A stretch of DNA of 64,000 nucleotides from Candidatus Omnitrophota bacterium (lineage in GTDB: Bacteria; Omnitrophota; Gorgyraeia; Gygaellales; Profunditerraquicolaceae), in assembly GCA_028717885.1 (NCBI GenBank), contig JAQUMX010000001.1, positions 42,409-106,408 on the forward strand, in the 5' to 3' direction. Every line of letters begins with the position of its first letter. Position 1 is the first letter of the stretch. Under the pieces are notes generated by a model that saw only the letters and a list, made by a program, of their open reading frames with translations, was not told where the DNA came from and ran no database searches. Shown in pieces: positions 18,685-28,583 of the stretch. The position numbers were made by a program, and so were the translations under genes.

Positions 18685-21671
18685 AACGGATCGTATAGTT
18701 TTGGGTCATCTAACGCTTTATCATATTTTTTTGCTCCGGGAAAAAGATGGCATCGTTGGCATTCATACGGCTTATCTTCCTGCTTCATTTTGCTCCTGAA
18801 CTTTTCGAACATTTCCCCGTTCCATACCTGTTCTGCATCTTGAGAATTTAAATCGCCGAGTACCCTTCCGGTAATACAACACGGTGCCACTGTCCCGTTA
18901 AAACGCACGAAAAACGTCTTCCATGGTTCAAGGCAAAAATCCTTTTCGCAGGCGCTTAACGCTTCGCTTTTCTTGCGGTCAGGCTCATCAAGAATAAATT
19001 TTTTTGCTACTGCCGAGAGCGATTCCGGGAACATTAAGGAAAAAACCATTCCTTTTTCTTTATATAACTGATCGCGCAATTTTTCTGTCTGGGCATAATA
19101 CTGATTGGCTAACTCCACTGTTTGTGGCAGGTTCGTTCTCTCTTTTTCCATCTCGGGAGTATGGGCAACAAGGTTGGTTATCGTAATTCCGCGCACATGG
19201 TGCGCATATGCCTTCTCTAGCAAGATAGGCAACTCCGCCAGGTTTGAGGCGTGCGCCACAAATTCGATGAAAATTACCGGTGGGGCAAGCTGTAAGTCAT
19301 CGCTGTTTTTTATCGGATTATATTTGGCTTTCATCTCATTCAATCGTGCGATATTCCCCCATAATTTTTCCCATCCGTCGGTTCCGTGGATCTTTTGATA
19401 AGTCTGCCTTGTCCCGGCGCTGCAGGAGAATGTAATCTCTGCCTGATTGTATTTTACCATAGCCTCGGCGATTCTCGCATTAAGCAATAACCCATTGGTA
19501 TTAAATGTCACTCTTGCTTTTTTCTTCGCGGCGATTTTTAAAAAACGGATAAAATCCGGATGCAGCAACGTTTCGCCGCGGCCAAAAAGCGCTAATTTAG
19601 TGTCCGGGGAGAATAAACGGGAAAGCCGCTTAAATACCTTCCTGGTCATAAACCCCTCGTCAGAAGCGGCTAATTTATAGTAACTACGCCCGCACATCCG
19701 GCATTGCAAATTACATTTCGTGCTGATTTCCGCATAAATTAAAATTGGCTTGCTGAAAAGAATAACCGGGAGGAATTTACATTCCGCTTCATTTACTTGG
19801 ATGTTCGTTCGCTGCTGAGCCACTCTCTTAACAAAACGCCTTTCGGCTAAGTTACGCATTAAAAGGAAAATCCTGTAAATCCTGGTGGAAGTAATTTTAT
19901 TTAACCGTTTGGAAATTGCGGTATATTCATTTTCCATACTTAAGAAACTTTCCCTTGCGCGGCCCAGGCTTCCCTCTAAGTCTGCTACCTTAGCCTGAAG
20001 ATTATCCCGCTCTCCGATAAACGCATTCAACTGATTATTCAAGTTGTTAATATGGAACTTAACCTGCTCTCTTTCCGCCTCGAGGTTATGGATATGGCCA
20101 TGAAGCGATTTACGCTCTTCGGAAAATGCCGCGACCTGCTTTTCCAGGTTATTAACATGCTCCTTGACGTTTTCTCGTTCTGATTCGAGGTTTCCGATAT
20201 GAAGTTTTATCTGTTTTCTTTCCGTTTCCAGGTTACCTATATGCAGTTTAACCTGCTCCCTTTCCGTTTCCAGGTTACGAATGTGGGTATTTAACGAGGT
20301 GTATTCTTCTAAAGATGCGGTAATTTGACTTTCCAGGTTACGCGCATGATTTTGCGCATTATCTCTTTGTGCCTGGAGGATAGTAATTTCCTCTTTAAGT
20401 TTTTCAATGTGCCTGGCTTCGGGGACAAGAAAAAGCTGCCCTTTCCTTTTAGCGCTCAAGCTATCCGGGGCAAGCTGCGGAGAAGCTACCCACGCTCTTA
20501 ACGCCTGAGTGGTTTTTTCAAAAGAATATTCCTCTATCACGAAATGTTTGGCTCGCGCTGCATACTGCTGCAATAATTTCGGCTGCGCAGCCAATTCCAG
20601 GATCATCTGCGCTAAAGCGCTCGGGTCTTCCTGTGTAAATGAGAATGCCATTTGATTGCGGCTTAAAGCCTGGGTCAATTCGCTGGGGGCAGTGGTTAAA
20701 ATTGGCAACCCTGCTTTCATCCAATCCAGCAGCCTGTGGCGGCTGCCTAAAACAACTTCATAACAATTCTTATCGATATTTATCGCGAGATTGCTCTCCA
20801 GGTAAATATTCGGTAAGTCATCTAAAGCAAGCCATCCGAGTAAAATATACCTGTTTTTGTGTGGAGAGGAATTTATTCTTTCGCTAAATTTCTTATAAGT
20901 AGTTTCATCCTGCCCGGGAATTACGCCACCCGTAGAAACAAATTTTATTTTCTTATTTTTGTTCATGGCAATTTCCAGCGCCGCAAACAACGTATCGGTA
21001 TCAGCCCAGGTATTATATCCGCCGGACCAGAGGATTACAAAATCATCATTTTGCACTAACCTTCCCCGGATAATATTTTTTACAAGCTTATGCTCCCCTT
21101 TTTCTATAGCGCAGGGCATTACATGGGCAAATTCATAACCCACTGTCTCCTTGTTAAGCCTGCCGGCATCCCCTAATTTTCCCATCAGGGCGAATTTTTG
21201 CGGCAAAGAATAACAGGAAAAAATATCCCCTCTTGCCAGAATATTCCTTTCCAAATCTAAAAAAAGGTAGAGATAATCATCATTATTTTCGGTGAATGAT
21301 TTCAATTGCGCCTCGGCAAGCAAATCTCCCCGGTCAAACCAGACCGGTTTTGCGGTGTTTAGGCCTATTACAGCTTTTGACTGCAGAAATGAGCTGATCG
21401 AAACAATACAATCGGGGCGAAAGCGGTCGTGAATTTCCTGAAGCGCCGCAGGAGTAGTAAACTGTTGTTGGTTCAGGGAAAAAACTGATAATCCATTGGC
21501 TTTTGGCTCTTTGACGGCAGAGTTAACGGTATTTAAACAAACCAGGCATACTTGATGCCCATCATCAATTAAAGGCTTTGCCATCTGCCAGGTCCTAATA
21601 CCGGGGCCGCTTAAGAAATTTTCGTTCTCTATTGGCAGCGGCCTTTCTCCGACAATCAAAACTTTACTCAT
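18681..21671 (-). CDS. Tripartite fusion protein: N-terminal GT-B (GT1/GT4-like) glycosyltransferase, central coiled coil with 14-residue repeats, C-terminal radical SAM + SPASM domain
   Basis: 996 aa. N-terminal region is glycosyltransferase-like. Residues ~400-590 are heptad-rich (HIGNLETERKQIKL repeats). C-terminus has CNLQCRMCGRS (CxxxCxxC) and Cys-rich SPASM-like motifs (CQRCHLFPG; CLEPW...APCCITG). Confidence 0.65.
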   Translation of the reverse strand: MSKVLIVGERPLPIENENFLSGPGIRTWQMAKPLIDDGHQVCLVCLNTVNSAVKEPKANGLSVFSLNQQQFTTPAALQEIHDRFRPDCIVSISSFLQSKAVIGLNTAKPVWFDRGDLLAEAQLKSFTENNDDYLYLFLDLERNILARGDIFSCYSLPQKFALMGKLGDAGRLNKETVGYEFAHVMPCAIEKGEHKLVKNIIRGRLVQNDDFVILWSGGYNTWADTDTLFAALEIAMNKNKKIKFVSTGGVIPGQDETTYKKFSERINSSPHKNRYILLGWLALDDLPNIYLESNLAINIDKNCYEVVLGSRHRLLDWMKAGLPILTTAPSELTQALSRNQMAFSFTQEDPSALAQMILELAAQPKLLQQYAARAKHFVIEEYSFEKTTQALRAWVASPQLAPDSLSAKRKGQLFLVPEARHIEKLKEEITILQAQRDNAQNHARNLESQITASLEEYTSLNTHIRNLETEREQVKLHIGNLETERKQIKLHIGNLESERENVKEHVNNLEKQVAAFSEERKSLHGHIHNLEAEREQVKFHINNLNNQLNAFIGERDNLQAKVADLEGSLGRARESFLSMENEYTAISKRLNKITSTRIYRIFLLMRNLAERRFVKRVAQQRTNIQVNEAECKFLPVILFSKPILIYAEISTKCNLQCRMCGRSYYKLAASDEGFMTRKVFKRLSRLFSPDTKLALFGRGETLLHPDFIRFLKIAAKKKARVTFNTNGLLLNARIAEAMVKYNQAEITFSCSAGTRQTYQKIHGTDGWEKLWGNIARLNEMKAKYNPIKNSDDLQLAPPVIFIEFVAHASNLAELPILLEKAYAHHVRGITITNLVAHTPEMEKERTNLPQTVELANQYYAQTEKLRDQLYKEKGMVFSLMFPESLSAVAKKFILDEPDRKKSEALSACEKDFCLEPWKTFFVRFNGTVAPCCITGRVLGDLNSQDAEQVWNGEMFEKFRSKMKQEDKPYECQRCHLFPGAKKYDKALDDPKLYDPL
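19990..20300. repeat. Tandem 42-nt repeats encoding the 14-aa coiled-coil repeat
   Basis: Units such as tttccgtttccaggttacctatatgcagtttaacctgctccc recur head-to-tail with small variations. Confidence 0.6.
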
Positions 21672-22585
21672 TATTTTAGCCTTCTCTTGGTATTAATTTT
21701 CCCTGCCAACCTCTTAGATAAAGAAACCGGAAGATACATCATCCCGGATAAGTAAGCAAGGATTAGCTGTTTCTTGAACTCAGCCGGTTTAAAATCCCTG
21801 AACCAGAGGAATTCTTTTTTTAAGAAATCCTTCAACAGGTACTTCAGGCTATAATTGTTGGCCAAAAAAACCAACCGGCTCTTATGATAGCGGTAATAGA
21901 AACGGGCAGTCAGGCCTTGAGTGGAATAATTTTCCCTGTGCATCAGGACAGAACTAGGCACAAAGACGACTCTTTTGCCGGCCTTCTTGGCACGAAACGC
22001 CAGGTCCGCATCTTCATAATAAAGAGGGGAATAACTGGCATCGAAATAGCCGACCTCCTTAAGTAGGCCGCGTTTAAAACCCATGGAAGCTCCACAGACA
22101 TAATCTACTTCCTGTAAAACATTATACTGCCCTTGGTCCATTTCGCCCCTACCGATATGCAAAGAAAGCCCGTTGTCAAAAATCATTCCTCCGGCATATT
22201 GGATGGTTTTTCCGTCTAAATCGAGGATTTTTGACCCGGCAATTGCGACATCCTGATCATATATCAATACCTTAACCAGTTCCGAAAGCCAGCTCTTTGT
22301 CACTACGGTATCCATATTCAATAAAGCAATAATTTCACCGAGCGAATTCCTGATCCCCCGGTTTACCGTGCGCACAAAACCGCGGTTCCGGCGGCTTTTT
22401 ATGATCTGCACTTGAGGGAATTTTTGTTTTATTTTAGCCAGGGAACTATCCGAAGAGCAGTCATCCGCCACGATTACTTCGAAATTCGGATAATCGCAAG
22501 CATAAACCGATTGCAGGCAATCGCAGATTACCTTTTCACCGTTATAATTAGGTATAATTACAGAGGCAAGCGGGTATATTTTCAT
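21671..22585 (-). CDS. Family 2 glycosyltransferase
   Basis: ASVIIPNYNGEKVICDCLQSV...EVIVADDCSSD; LNMDTVV. Confidence 0.75.
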   Translation of the reverse strand: MKIYPLASVIIPNYNGEKVICDCLQSVYACDYPNFEVIVADDCSSDSSLAKIKQKFPQVQIIKSRRNRGFVRTVNRGIRNSLGEIIALLNMDTVVTKSWLSELVKVLIYDQDVAIAGSKILDLDGKTIQYAGGMIFDNGLSLHIGRGEMDQGQYNVLQEVDYVCGASMGFKRGLLKEVGYFDASYSPLYYEDADLAFRAKKAGKRVVFVPSSVLMHRENYSTQGLTARFYYRYHKSRLVFLANNYSLKYLLKDFLKKEFLWFRDFKPAEFKKQLILAYLSGMMYLPVSLSKRLAGKINTKRRLK

Positions 22586-24243
22586 GGCAGCCGCACTTTC
22601 CAGTTATGCTCCAGATAAACCGTCCCGTGGTCGCCTTTAGAAAAAACCATATGCAGCGGGTAAAGCGCATGATAAAGGCTAAGGAATTTTTTTTCACGTT
22701 CATTCCAAACCCCAAAAGAAACCCGGTATTCCCCCGGCAACAAAGGAAGGCTGCGAAAGATAAATTCTCTTTTATTGGTATGCCCCATCTTCGATACCGC
22801 GCCTTGGCAAAAAATGCGGTCATCCCTGTAGAAACCAACCCAGATATAATTCTCGGGGTCATATTTTTTGATCTCGGGGAAAAAAACAGATAATTTAACA
22901 AGTTCTCCGGTGTGGAATTTATTTTTCTCCTCATGTAAAGAGTTATAAACCCTAAGGGAGCCTGGCCCAGTATCCGGCGATTCTAATTTTTGCATCCAGT
23001 TATTCCTTAATGTCTCCAGGTCCGGGTGGATTTTTCCTGAATCCGATGGAAACTTGGAAAAGCCAGCCAGAGGCATATTCAAAAGCTGGTTACTTAAATC
23101 GGCTTGCCCCTTAACTAAAAATTTATAACAGCCATCATGGTAATCAAAAGCAACTGTTTCATTCTTATCCCAAATCGCTATTGACACCCTGTAATCCCCG
23201 GGAGCCAATAATACACTCTGATAATTCAAGGTAAACGACCCTCTTCCTTTTTTTAAGATAGGGAATACCTGGCCGTCAAAAGCGGTATTCGGGCCATAAC
23301 AATATACCCCGTCGTTACGGAAGATTGCCACCCCGAAGTGAGGCTCTTTGATATCATTTAACGCCGTAAAATCTACCTTTATCCGCAACGGGGCGCGGCT
23401 CTTTAAAGACACACAATTAAAACCAAAACGGTTTTTAAAAGCTACCTTTTCTATGACTACTTCTTTTGTGCCTAAAATTTTACCCCAATTCTGCGGTTCA
23501 TCCGCCCATTTCTTGGTATTTTCAAAAATGCTTTCCGCTGCATTTGTCGATCCGATGAAAAACCCTTCTTTCGCCAAAAGTTCCCGATACTGCCTTACCG
23601 CTTCTTCTTTTTCTCCGAAATAAACGAGTCTGCCGTGCTCAAGCAAAGCGATCCGGTCACAGATCCTCTCCATAAGCTCCATATTCTGGTTCGTAATCAC
23701 CAGGGTTTTTCCGGCGCGCCTAAAATCCATAATTTTCTCGAAACATTTATTTTGAAAAAGCAGGTCCCCTACGGCAAGGATTTCATCGATAATCAGGATA
23801 TCAAAATCCAGATTAGCAATAATGCTAAAGCCCAGGCGTAACCGCATCCCCTGTGAATAAGTGCCTAACGGTTGGTCGATAAAATTACCCAGCTCTGAGA
23901 ACCCGATAACACCAGAAAGCTTTTCCTCTATTTCTGTGCGGTTAGCGCCTAATATTGCGCCGTTTAAAAAGATATTTTCCCGGCCGGTCAATTCATCCTG
24001 GAACCCCACGCCAAGGTTAAACAACCCTAATTTCCGGCCCCTGGTTTTTACCTCGCCCTGCGTTGGATATAGCACATCGGCAATGATATTAAGCAAAGTG
24101 GTTTTCCCCGCCCCGTTCCTGCCGATTATCCCGACAATCTCCCCCTTTACAACATCAAGAGAAACGTCTTTCAAGGCCCAGAAGCCGCTTGGCTGGTAAT
24201 TTTTCCCTACCTGCGACAGTTCAATTATTTTTGTGTTTTGCAT
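22582..24243 (-). CDS. ABC transporter ATP-binding protein, polysaccharide export type (Wzt-like) with C-terminal substrate-binding extension
   Basis: Walker A GRNGAGKTTLL, signature YSQGMRLRLGF, Walker B ILIIDEILAVGD. Extra ~250-aa C-terminal domain, as in O-antigen/teichoic-acid exporters. Confidence 0.8.
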   Translation of the reverse strand: MQNTKIIELSQVGKNYQPSGFWALKDVSLDVVKGEIVGIIGRNGAGKTTLLNIIADVLYPTQGEVKTRGRKLGLFNLGVGFQDELTGRENIFLNGAILGANRTEIEEKLSGVIGFSELGNFIDQPLGTYSQGMRLRLGFSIIANLDFDILIIDEILAVGDLLFQNKCFEKIMDFRRAGKTLVITNQNMELMERICDRIALLEHGRLVYFGEKEEAVRQYRELLAKEGFFIGSTNAAESIFENTKKWADEPQNWGKILGTKEVVIEKVAFKNRFGFNCVSLKSRAPLRIKVDFTALNDIKEPHFGVAIFRNDGVYCYGPNTAFDGQVFPILKKGRGSFTLNYQSVLLAPGDYRVSIAIWDKNETVAFDYHDGCYKFLVKGQADLSNQLLNMPLAGFSKFPSDSGKIHPDLETLRNNWMQKLESPDTGPGSLRVYNSLHEEKNKFHTGELVKLSVFFPEIKKYDPENYIWVGFYRDDRIFCQGAVSKMGHTNKREFIFRSLPLLPGEYRVSFGVWNEREKKFLSLYHALYPLHMVFSKGDHGTVYLEHNWKVRLP

Positions 24244-24258
24244 AATCTTAAGTGATTT

Positions 24259-25134
24259 TTAATAAGCCAGGTAATCGTTAATATATTTTCTATTTTTGAA
24301 ATAGAAGATAAACCCGATTACCATAACCGCCACGGCGATTAATGGCATGGTTACTGCCCAGGCGAACCAATGCACATCTAGTTTAATTGCCTGATAAAAA
24401 CCCTTTAAAAGAGTAAGCCTGTAAAAACTTAAAATGGCAACAAAGGGGTTCCAAAGATATAAGCAATAGGCTTTTTGGCTGAGCGCTTGCCTTACCAGAG
24501 AAAGCGAATAAAAAACAGGGGTAAGATAAAATAATGCCTGCAGCAAAATCTCCAACATATATTTTGTGTCACGCCAACGGATATAGGCAAGGCAAGCTAT
24601 CAATGCCAGGCCAAAAGTTATCATACAATGCATCAATAATACAGCAGGAAGAAAAATAATAAAAAGCGGTACACCTTTTAAAATAAAGAGCGTAAAAAAC
24701 ACCAAGATTGCCAGGGAAGGAAGAAAATTCAACAAGTTTGCAATAACCAATGATAAGGGAATCAAATAATGAGGAAAATTTGCTTCTTTAATCAAATTCC
24801 TGTTATCCATCAGGCAAGTAGCAGCAGAAGAAACAGCCTCCTGAAAAAACCGCCAGGTAAAAACTGCGGTCATCAGGTACAAGAGAAAATTTGCCTCTTT
24901 GATTTCTATTTTCATAAAAACGGAAAAGATCACGTAAAGGATCACGCTAAAAAAAAGCGGGGAAAGAAACGCCCAGAGAAAACTTAAAACCGGCCTTCTG
25001 TAGCGGGCTCTTAAGTCTTTGGCAATAAGCTCCCGCAGCAACGACCTTCTGGAAATAATTTCTTGGAAAATATTTTTCATTGTGGCATCAATTAAGCAAA
25101 GCTTTCTGCTATCTGTTTGCCGTCCAACAGGCAA
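24259..25134 (-). CDS. ABC-2 type transporter permease (Wzm-like)
   Basis: 291 aa, six TM helices, ABC-2 family features. Immediately downstream of the ATPase. Confidence 0.7.
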   Translation of the reverse strand: MPVGRQTDSRKLCLIDATMKNIFQEIISRRSLLRELIAKDLRARYRRPVLSFLWAFLSPLFFSVILYVIFSVFMKIEIKEANFLLYLMTAVFTWRFFQEAVSSAATCLMDNRNLIKEANFPHYLIPLSLVIANLLNFLPSLAILVFFTLFILKGVPLFIIFLPAVLLMHCMITFGLALIACLAYIRWRDTKYMLEILLQALFYLTPVFYSLSLVRQALSQKAYCLYLWNPFVAILSFYRLTLLKGFYQAIKLDVHWFAWAVTMPLIAVAVMVIGFIFYFKNRKYINDYLAY

Positions 25135-26393
25135 TCTTCCATGGACTTATAGCTCCAGGCGCCGTAACGGCCAAGCGGAAAAACTCTTTGTTTACGCAAA
25201 TACCCGTTAATACTCTTTAAAGACGGCGCGCGTAACCGGTCATAAATTATATAGCCGTATTTAATATCGTTGCTGTCTTGAATTAGTATTTTATCTTTTG
25301 GCTTGATGACTTTTGCGTGCTTAAGGCCATTGATAATTTTCCCGCCGATTCTTTTTTTATCCAACGGCTTTTCCCCGGAATAGGAGACTTCTGCATATAC
25401 CGAGCTTGCTCCTGGCGGAGCAAGTGAAGCGGAAAAGTTTTTTGGGAACCCCGCGCGGAAAAAAACGAATTTCTTTTCCGGAAAATAAACCCAGTGTTTA
25501 TCAGGGGTCCCATTGCCTGAAATCCCCAGGTTAAGGTTAAAAATGGAATTGTATTTTAAGTTCTTTAAAGCGCCTCTGACGCCGGAAGGCAGGTTCTTGC
25601 CCAGTGCCGCAATTTCCGGCAAGGGCAAGGTCAGGATTAAAGCATCGTATCGGTATCTCCTCCCGTTTTTAAAACTGACCTCTCTTTTTTTAAAATCCAA
25701 TGATTCCGCCTCATAGCCCAGATAGAGGTGCTTAACTTTCGCAGAAAACGCTTTTGACACCTCCTGGATGCCCCCTTGTTTTGGATACCAAAATGCCGCG
25801 TTATAGCCAAAAACTTTTTTATTCTCGCGTAACGCTCCCGAGATAATTTCTTTTAAGGTTGGCCTCGGGATAAATCCGCCAAACCAGTCGCAAGTAAGCT
25901 CCTTGCAATCCACGGTCCAGAATTTCTGGTTATAAGGAACCATGAAATGCCGGGCAATTCCTTTGCCGAAGGTTAGGTGCATCCATTCAAGAAATGAGAA
26001 GCCATGTTTTGCTTTATGCGGCAGATTGCGCTGCGCATCGATAAATCCGCTTAAGCATTCTTTAATCACCGGCCGCGGCAAGCCAAAAAGGTTTGCCTGG
26101 AACGGATAACGAGTAAAGCGGTTATACGAATAAACCCAAGCGCTTTTTTTATGCTCGATCAGGTTTTCCTGAAATAAATTTCTTATTAAATCCAGTGCAT
26201 AGGCAGAGCGAAAATGCAATAAATGCCCGCAATAATCAAAAGTAAAACCGGACATGGTTTTTGAACGGCAGAGCCCGCCGCACTCAGCCTCCTTTTCAAA
26301 CACCAGGCATTCTTTATTGAGCCTTTGTAAATGCCAGGCCGCGCTTAAACCGGACAATCCTGCCCCTAAAATCAAAATCCGTTCTTTAGTCAT
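25092..26393 (-). CDS. FAD/NAD(P)-binding oxidoreductase (amine-oxidase / UDP-galactopyranose-mutase-like fold)
   Basis: N-terminal dinucleotide-binding motif ILILGAGLSGLSAA...VFEKEAECGG. Confidence 0.6.
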   Translation of the reverse strand: MTKERILILGAGLSGLSAAWHLQRLNKECLVFEKEAECGGLCRSKTMSGFTFDYCGHLLHFRSAYALDLIRNLFQENLIEHKKSAWVYSYNRFTRYPFQANLFGLPRPVIKECLSGFIDAQRNLPHKAKHGFSFLEWMHLTFGKGIARHFMVPYNQKFWTVDCKELTCDWFGGFIPRPTLKEIISGALRENKKVFGYNAAFWYPKQGGIQEVSKAFSAKVKHLYLGYEAESLDFKKREVSFKNGRRYRYDALILTLPLPEIAALGKNLPSGVRGALKNLKYNSIFNLNLGISGNGTPDKHWVYFPEKKFVFFRAGFPKNFSASLAPPGASSVYAEVSYSGEKPLDKKRIGGKIINGLKHAKVIKPKDKILIQDSNDIKYGYIIYDRLRAPSLKSINGYLRKQRVFPLGRYGAWSYKSMEDCLLDGKQIAESFA

Positions 26394-27381
26394 TAATGCT
26401 TACCCTGGACATATTTTTCGCTAACAACAAGGCGGTTAAAAAAACAACTGCCACAGCTATAGCTGCCTGCCAATTCGCAGACCTATAAGTAATGATTGCG
26501 GCAAAAACAAAAAACAGGTTCCAAAAAATAGCGAAGCCGAGGGCCTTTTTCTTCGAATAACCCATTGCCAAACACCTTAATACCAGATGGTCATTGCTTT
26601 TCTTAAAAGGGATTTTTTTCTTTTTTAGGCGCATCAAAATAAGAAATAGCGTATCGTAAATAGGAAAACCTAAGATTAATATCGGGGTCACTAACGCCAT
26701 CTTCTTATCCATCGGGGCATAACTTAAGGTCAAGGCCAGGCCCGAGAGTAAAAAGCCTAAAAAATGGCTCCCGGCATTCCCCATGTAAACGCGCGCCGGA
26801 GGCAGGTTATAGGCTAAGAACCCTAAGACACTGCCGATCATGGCAACCGAGACGACCATTACTTTAAGGTCATGGCTTAAAAAAGCAACCAGCAAAAAAG
26901 CAGCGCCGATAATTGCGGCGGTAAAAGCCGTCACCCCATCCATAATGTCCAGGTGGTTAAAGGCATTGGTAATCGCCAGTACCCAAATTACCGTAATTAT
27001 GCTATTCACAACATTGCCGAGATAAACGATCTGGGTTTTTACGCCAAAACTGATCAAGACAAAGGCACAAATGATTTGCGCCGTAAACTTTAGCCCCACG
27101 GAGAGTTCCTTCCAATCATCTATAGCTCCGAAGGTAAGCATAAGAAGCGAAGAGAAAAAGAGCCCGAAGATTTCTTTGGAAAATATCTTCATAATAAAAA
27201 GGCCGTAACTGCCAACCAGGAAAAATGCCGCTGCTAAGGCAATTCCTCCGACAACTGCTACATCCCCCCTAGAAAAAACGCCGTATTTAAATGCGGCCCT
27301 TCTTAAAAGAAAGGTCAAGAATAGCCCGGATAAAAAAGCCGCGGCAAAAATGATCAAAAGATTAATTATTGGCGCGTTCAT
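26386..27381 (-). CDS. Polyprenyl-phosphate sugar-1-phosphate transferase (GT4 MraY/WecA family)
   Basis: 331 aa, ~10 TM helices; DDxxD-like and NxxNxxDGIDGL-like motifs (NAFNHLDIMDGV). Confidence 0.7.
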   Translation of the reverse strand: MNAPIINLLIIFAAAFLSGLFLTFLLRRAAFKYGVFSRGDVAVVGGIALAAAFFLVGSYGLFIMKIFSKEIFGLFFSSLLMLTFGAIDDWKELSVGLKFTAQIICAFVLISFGVKTQIVYLGNVVNSIITVIWVLAITNAFNHLDIMDGVTAFTAAIIGAAFLLVAFLSHDLKVMVVSVAMIGSVLGFLAYNLPPARVYMGNAGSHFLGFLLSGLALTLSYAPMDKKMALVTPILILGFPIYDTLFLILMRLKKKKIPFKKSNDHLVLRCLAMGYSKKKALGFAIFWNLFFVFAAIITYRSANWQAAIAVAVVFLTALLLAKNMSRVSIND

Positions 27382-28549
27382 CGTACGTTTTATTTATCCC
27401 TTTATTGCGGGCCAAATCCGCATAAAGCTGCCGGTGCATGGCGCAGCTATTACGTAAATCAAATTCTGCTTTTAAAAATTCCAGGGAATCGCTGCCCATG
27501 GACTTTCTTAAGGCGTTGTTATATAAAAGAAAAATTATTTTTTCGGCTAAAGCAAGGGGGTCTTTCTGCGGGACAAGAAAACCGTTTTTACCATCCTTAA
27601 TCACTTCTTTGATTCCGCCTGTGTCCGTGGCTACCACCGGGCAGCCGCTGGCAAGCGCCTCCAGGGCAGAAATCGGCAAGCCTTCCCAAAGAGAAGTCAG
27701 CACTAAGCAGTCGGTAGCAGACAAAATCCGAGGGATATCTCTGCGCCAGCCGGTAAGAATGATTTTTTCCTGCAGGCCCAGCCCTAAAATTAACTTTTCG
27801 ATTTTCCCGCGTAATGCCCCGTCCCCGACCAAAATAAATTTTACGCCACTAATTTTTTTCAGTACTAAATCAGCAGCCCGGATAAAATCCAGTACCGACT
27901 TTTGCGGCTTAAAACAAGAAATATTAGCCACTAGAAGGCCATCTTCGCCTAACCCGAACTCTGCTTTTACCTGCCGGTTTTGGGTTTGTTGATTAAAAAA
28001 ACCGTAATCAATACCGTAACGGATTAAGTGATACTGATCAACTTTCCCCACAGAATGTGACAACCCTCTTTCCCGGTCATACTGAGAAACTACCACCAGC
28101 TTATCGCTAAAGCCGGCAGCTTTTCTTTCCAGAAAAAGATACAAATTGCGTAAGGCACGCGGCTGATATTGATGAAAAGGCCAACCATGCACGGTATGAA
28201 TAATACACTTAGCTCCTGCTAATTTTGCTGCTGTACGGCCGAGAATACCTGCTTTGGAACTATGGGTATGTACGATTTTAATTTTGTTCTTTTTGATGAA
28301 AGAGTAGATCTCGATTATCGCCTTCAGGTCTTTCCAAGGGTTTATCGTTCGCTCCAAAGACTTTGATTTTCTTATAGTTAAGCCGTTTATTTTCCCGAAG
28401 TCATCAGACAGGAGCCCTTCTTGGGCAGTAAATAAAAAAAGCCTGAAATCTTTATTTTCCGTGAGGCTGCGGATCAGCTCAAAGAGCTGCATTTGTGCTC
28501 CGCCTAGCTCTAACTTGGTGACAATAAAGAGGAGGTTTATCTCAGGCAT
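27362..28549 (-). CDS. GT-B fold glycosyltransferase (GT4/GT1 family)
   Basis: 395 aa. C-terminal EGLPISALEALASGCPVVATDTGG (EX7E-type motif region). Confidence 0.75.
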   Translation of the reverse strand: MPEINLLFIVTKLELGGAQMQLFELIRSLTENKDFRLFLFTAQEGLLSDDFGKINGLTIRKSKSLERTINPWKDLKAIIEIYSFIKKNKIKIVHTHSSKAGILGRTAAKLAGAKCIIHTVHGWPFHQYQPRALRNLYLFLERKAAGFSDKLVVVSQYDRERGLSHSVGKVDQYHLIRYGIDYGFFNQQTQNRQVKAEFGLGEDGLLVANISCFKPQKSVLDFIRAADLVLKKISGVKFILVGDGALRGKIEKLILGLGLQEKIILTGWRRDIPRILSATDCLVLTSLWEGLPISALEALASGCPVVATDTGGIKEVIKDGKNGFLVPQKDPLALAEKIIFLLYNNALRKSMGSDSLEFLKAEFDLRNSCAMHRQLYADLARNKGINKTYDERANN

Positions 28550-28583
28550 AGCGAATATATTATAAGCTTTTTGAAAAATAATA

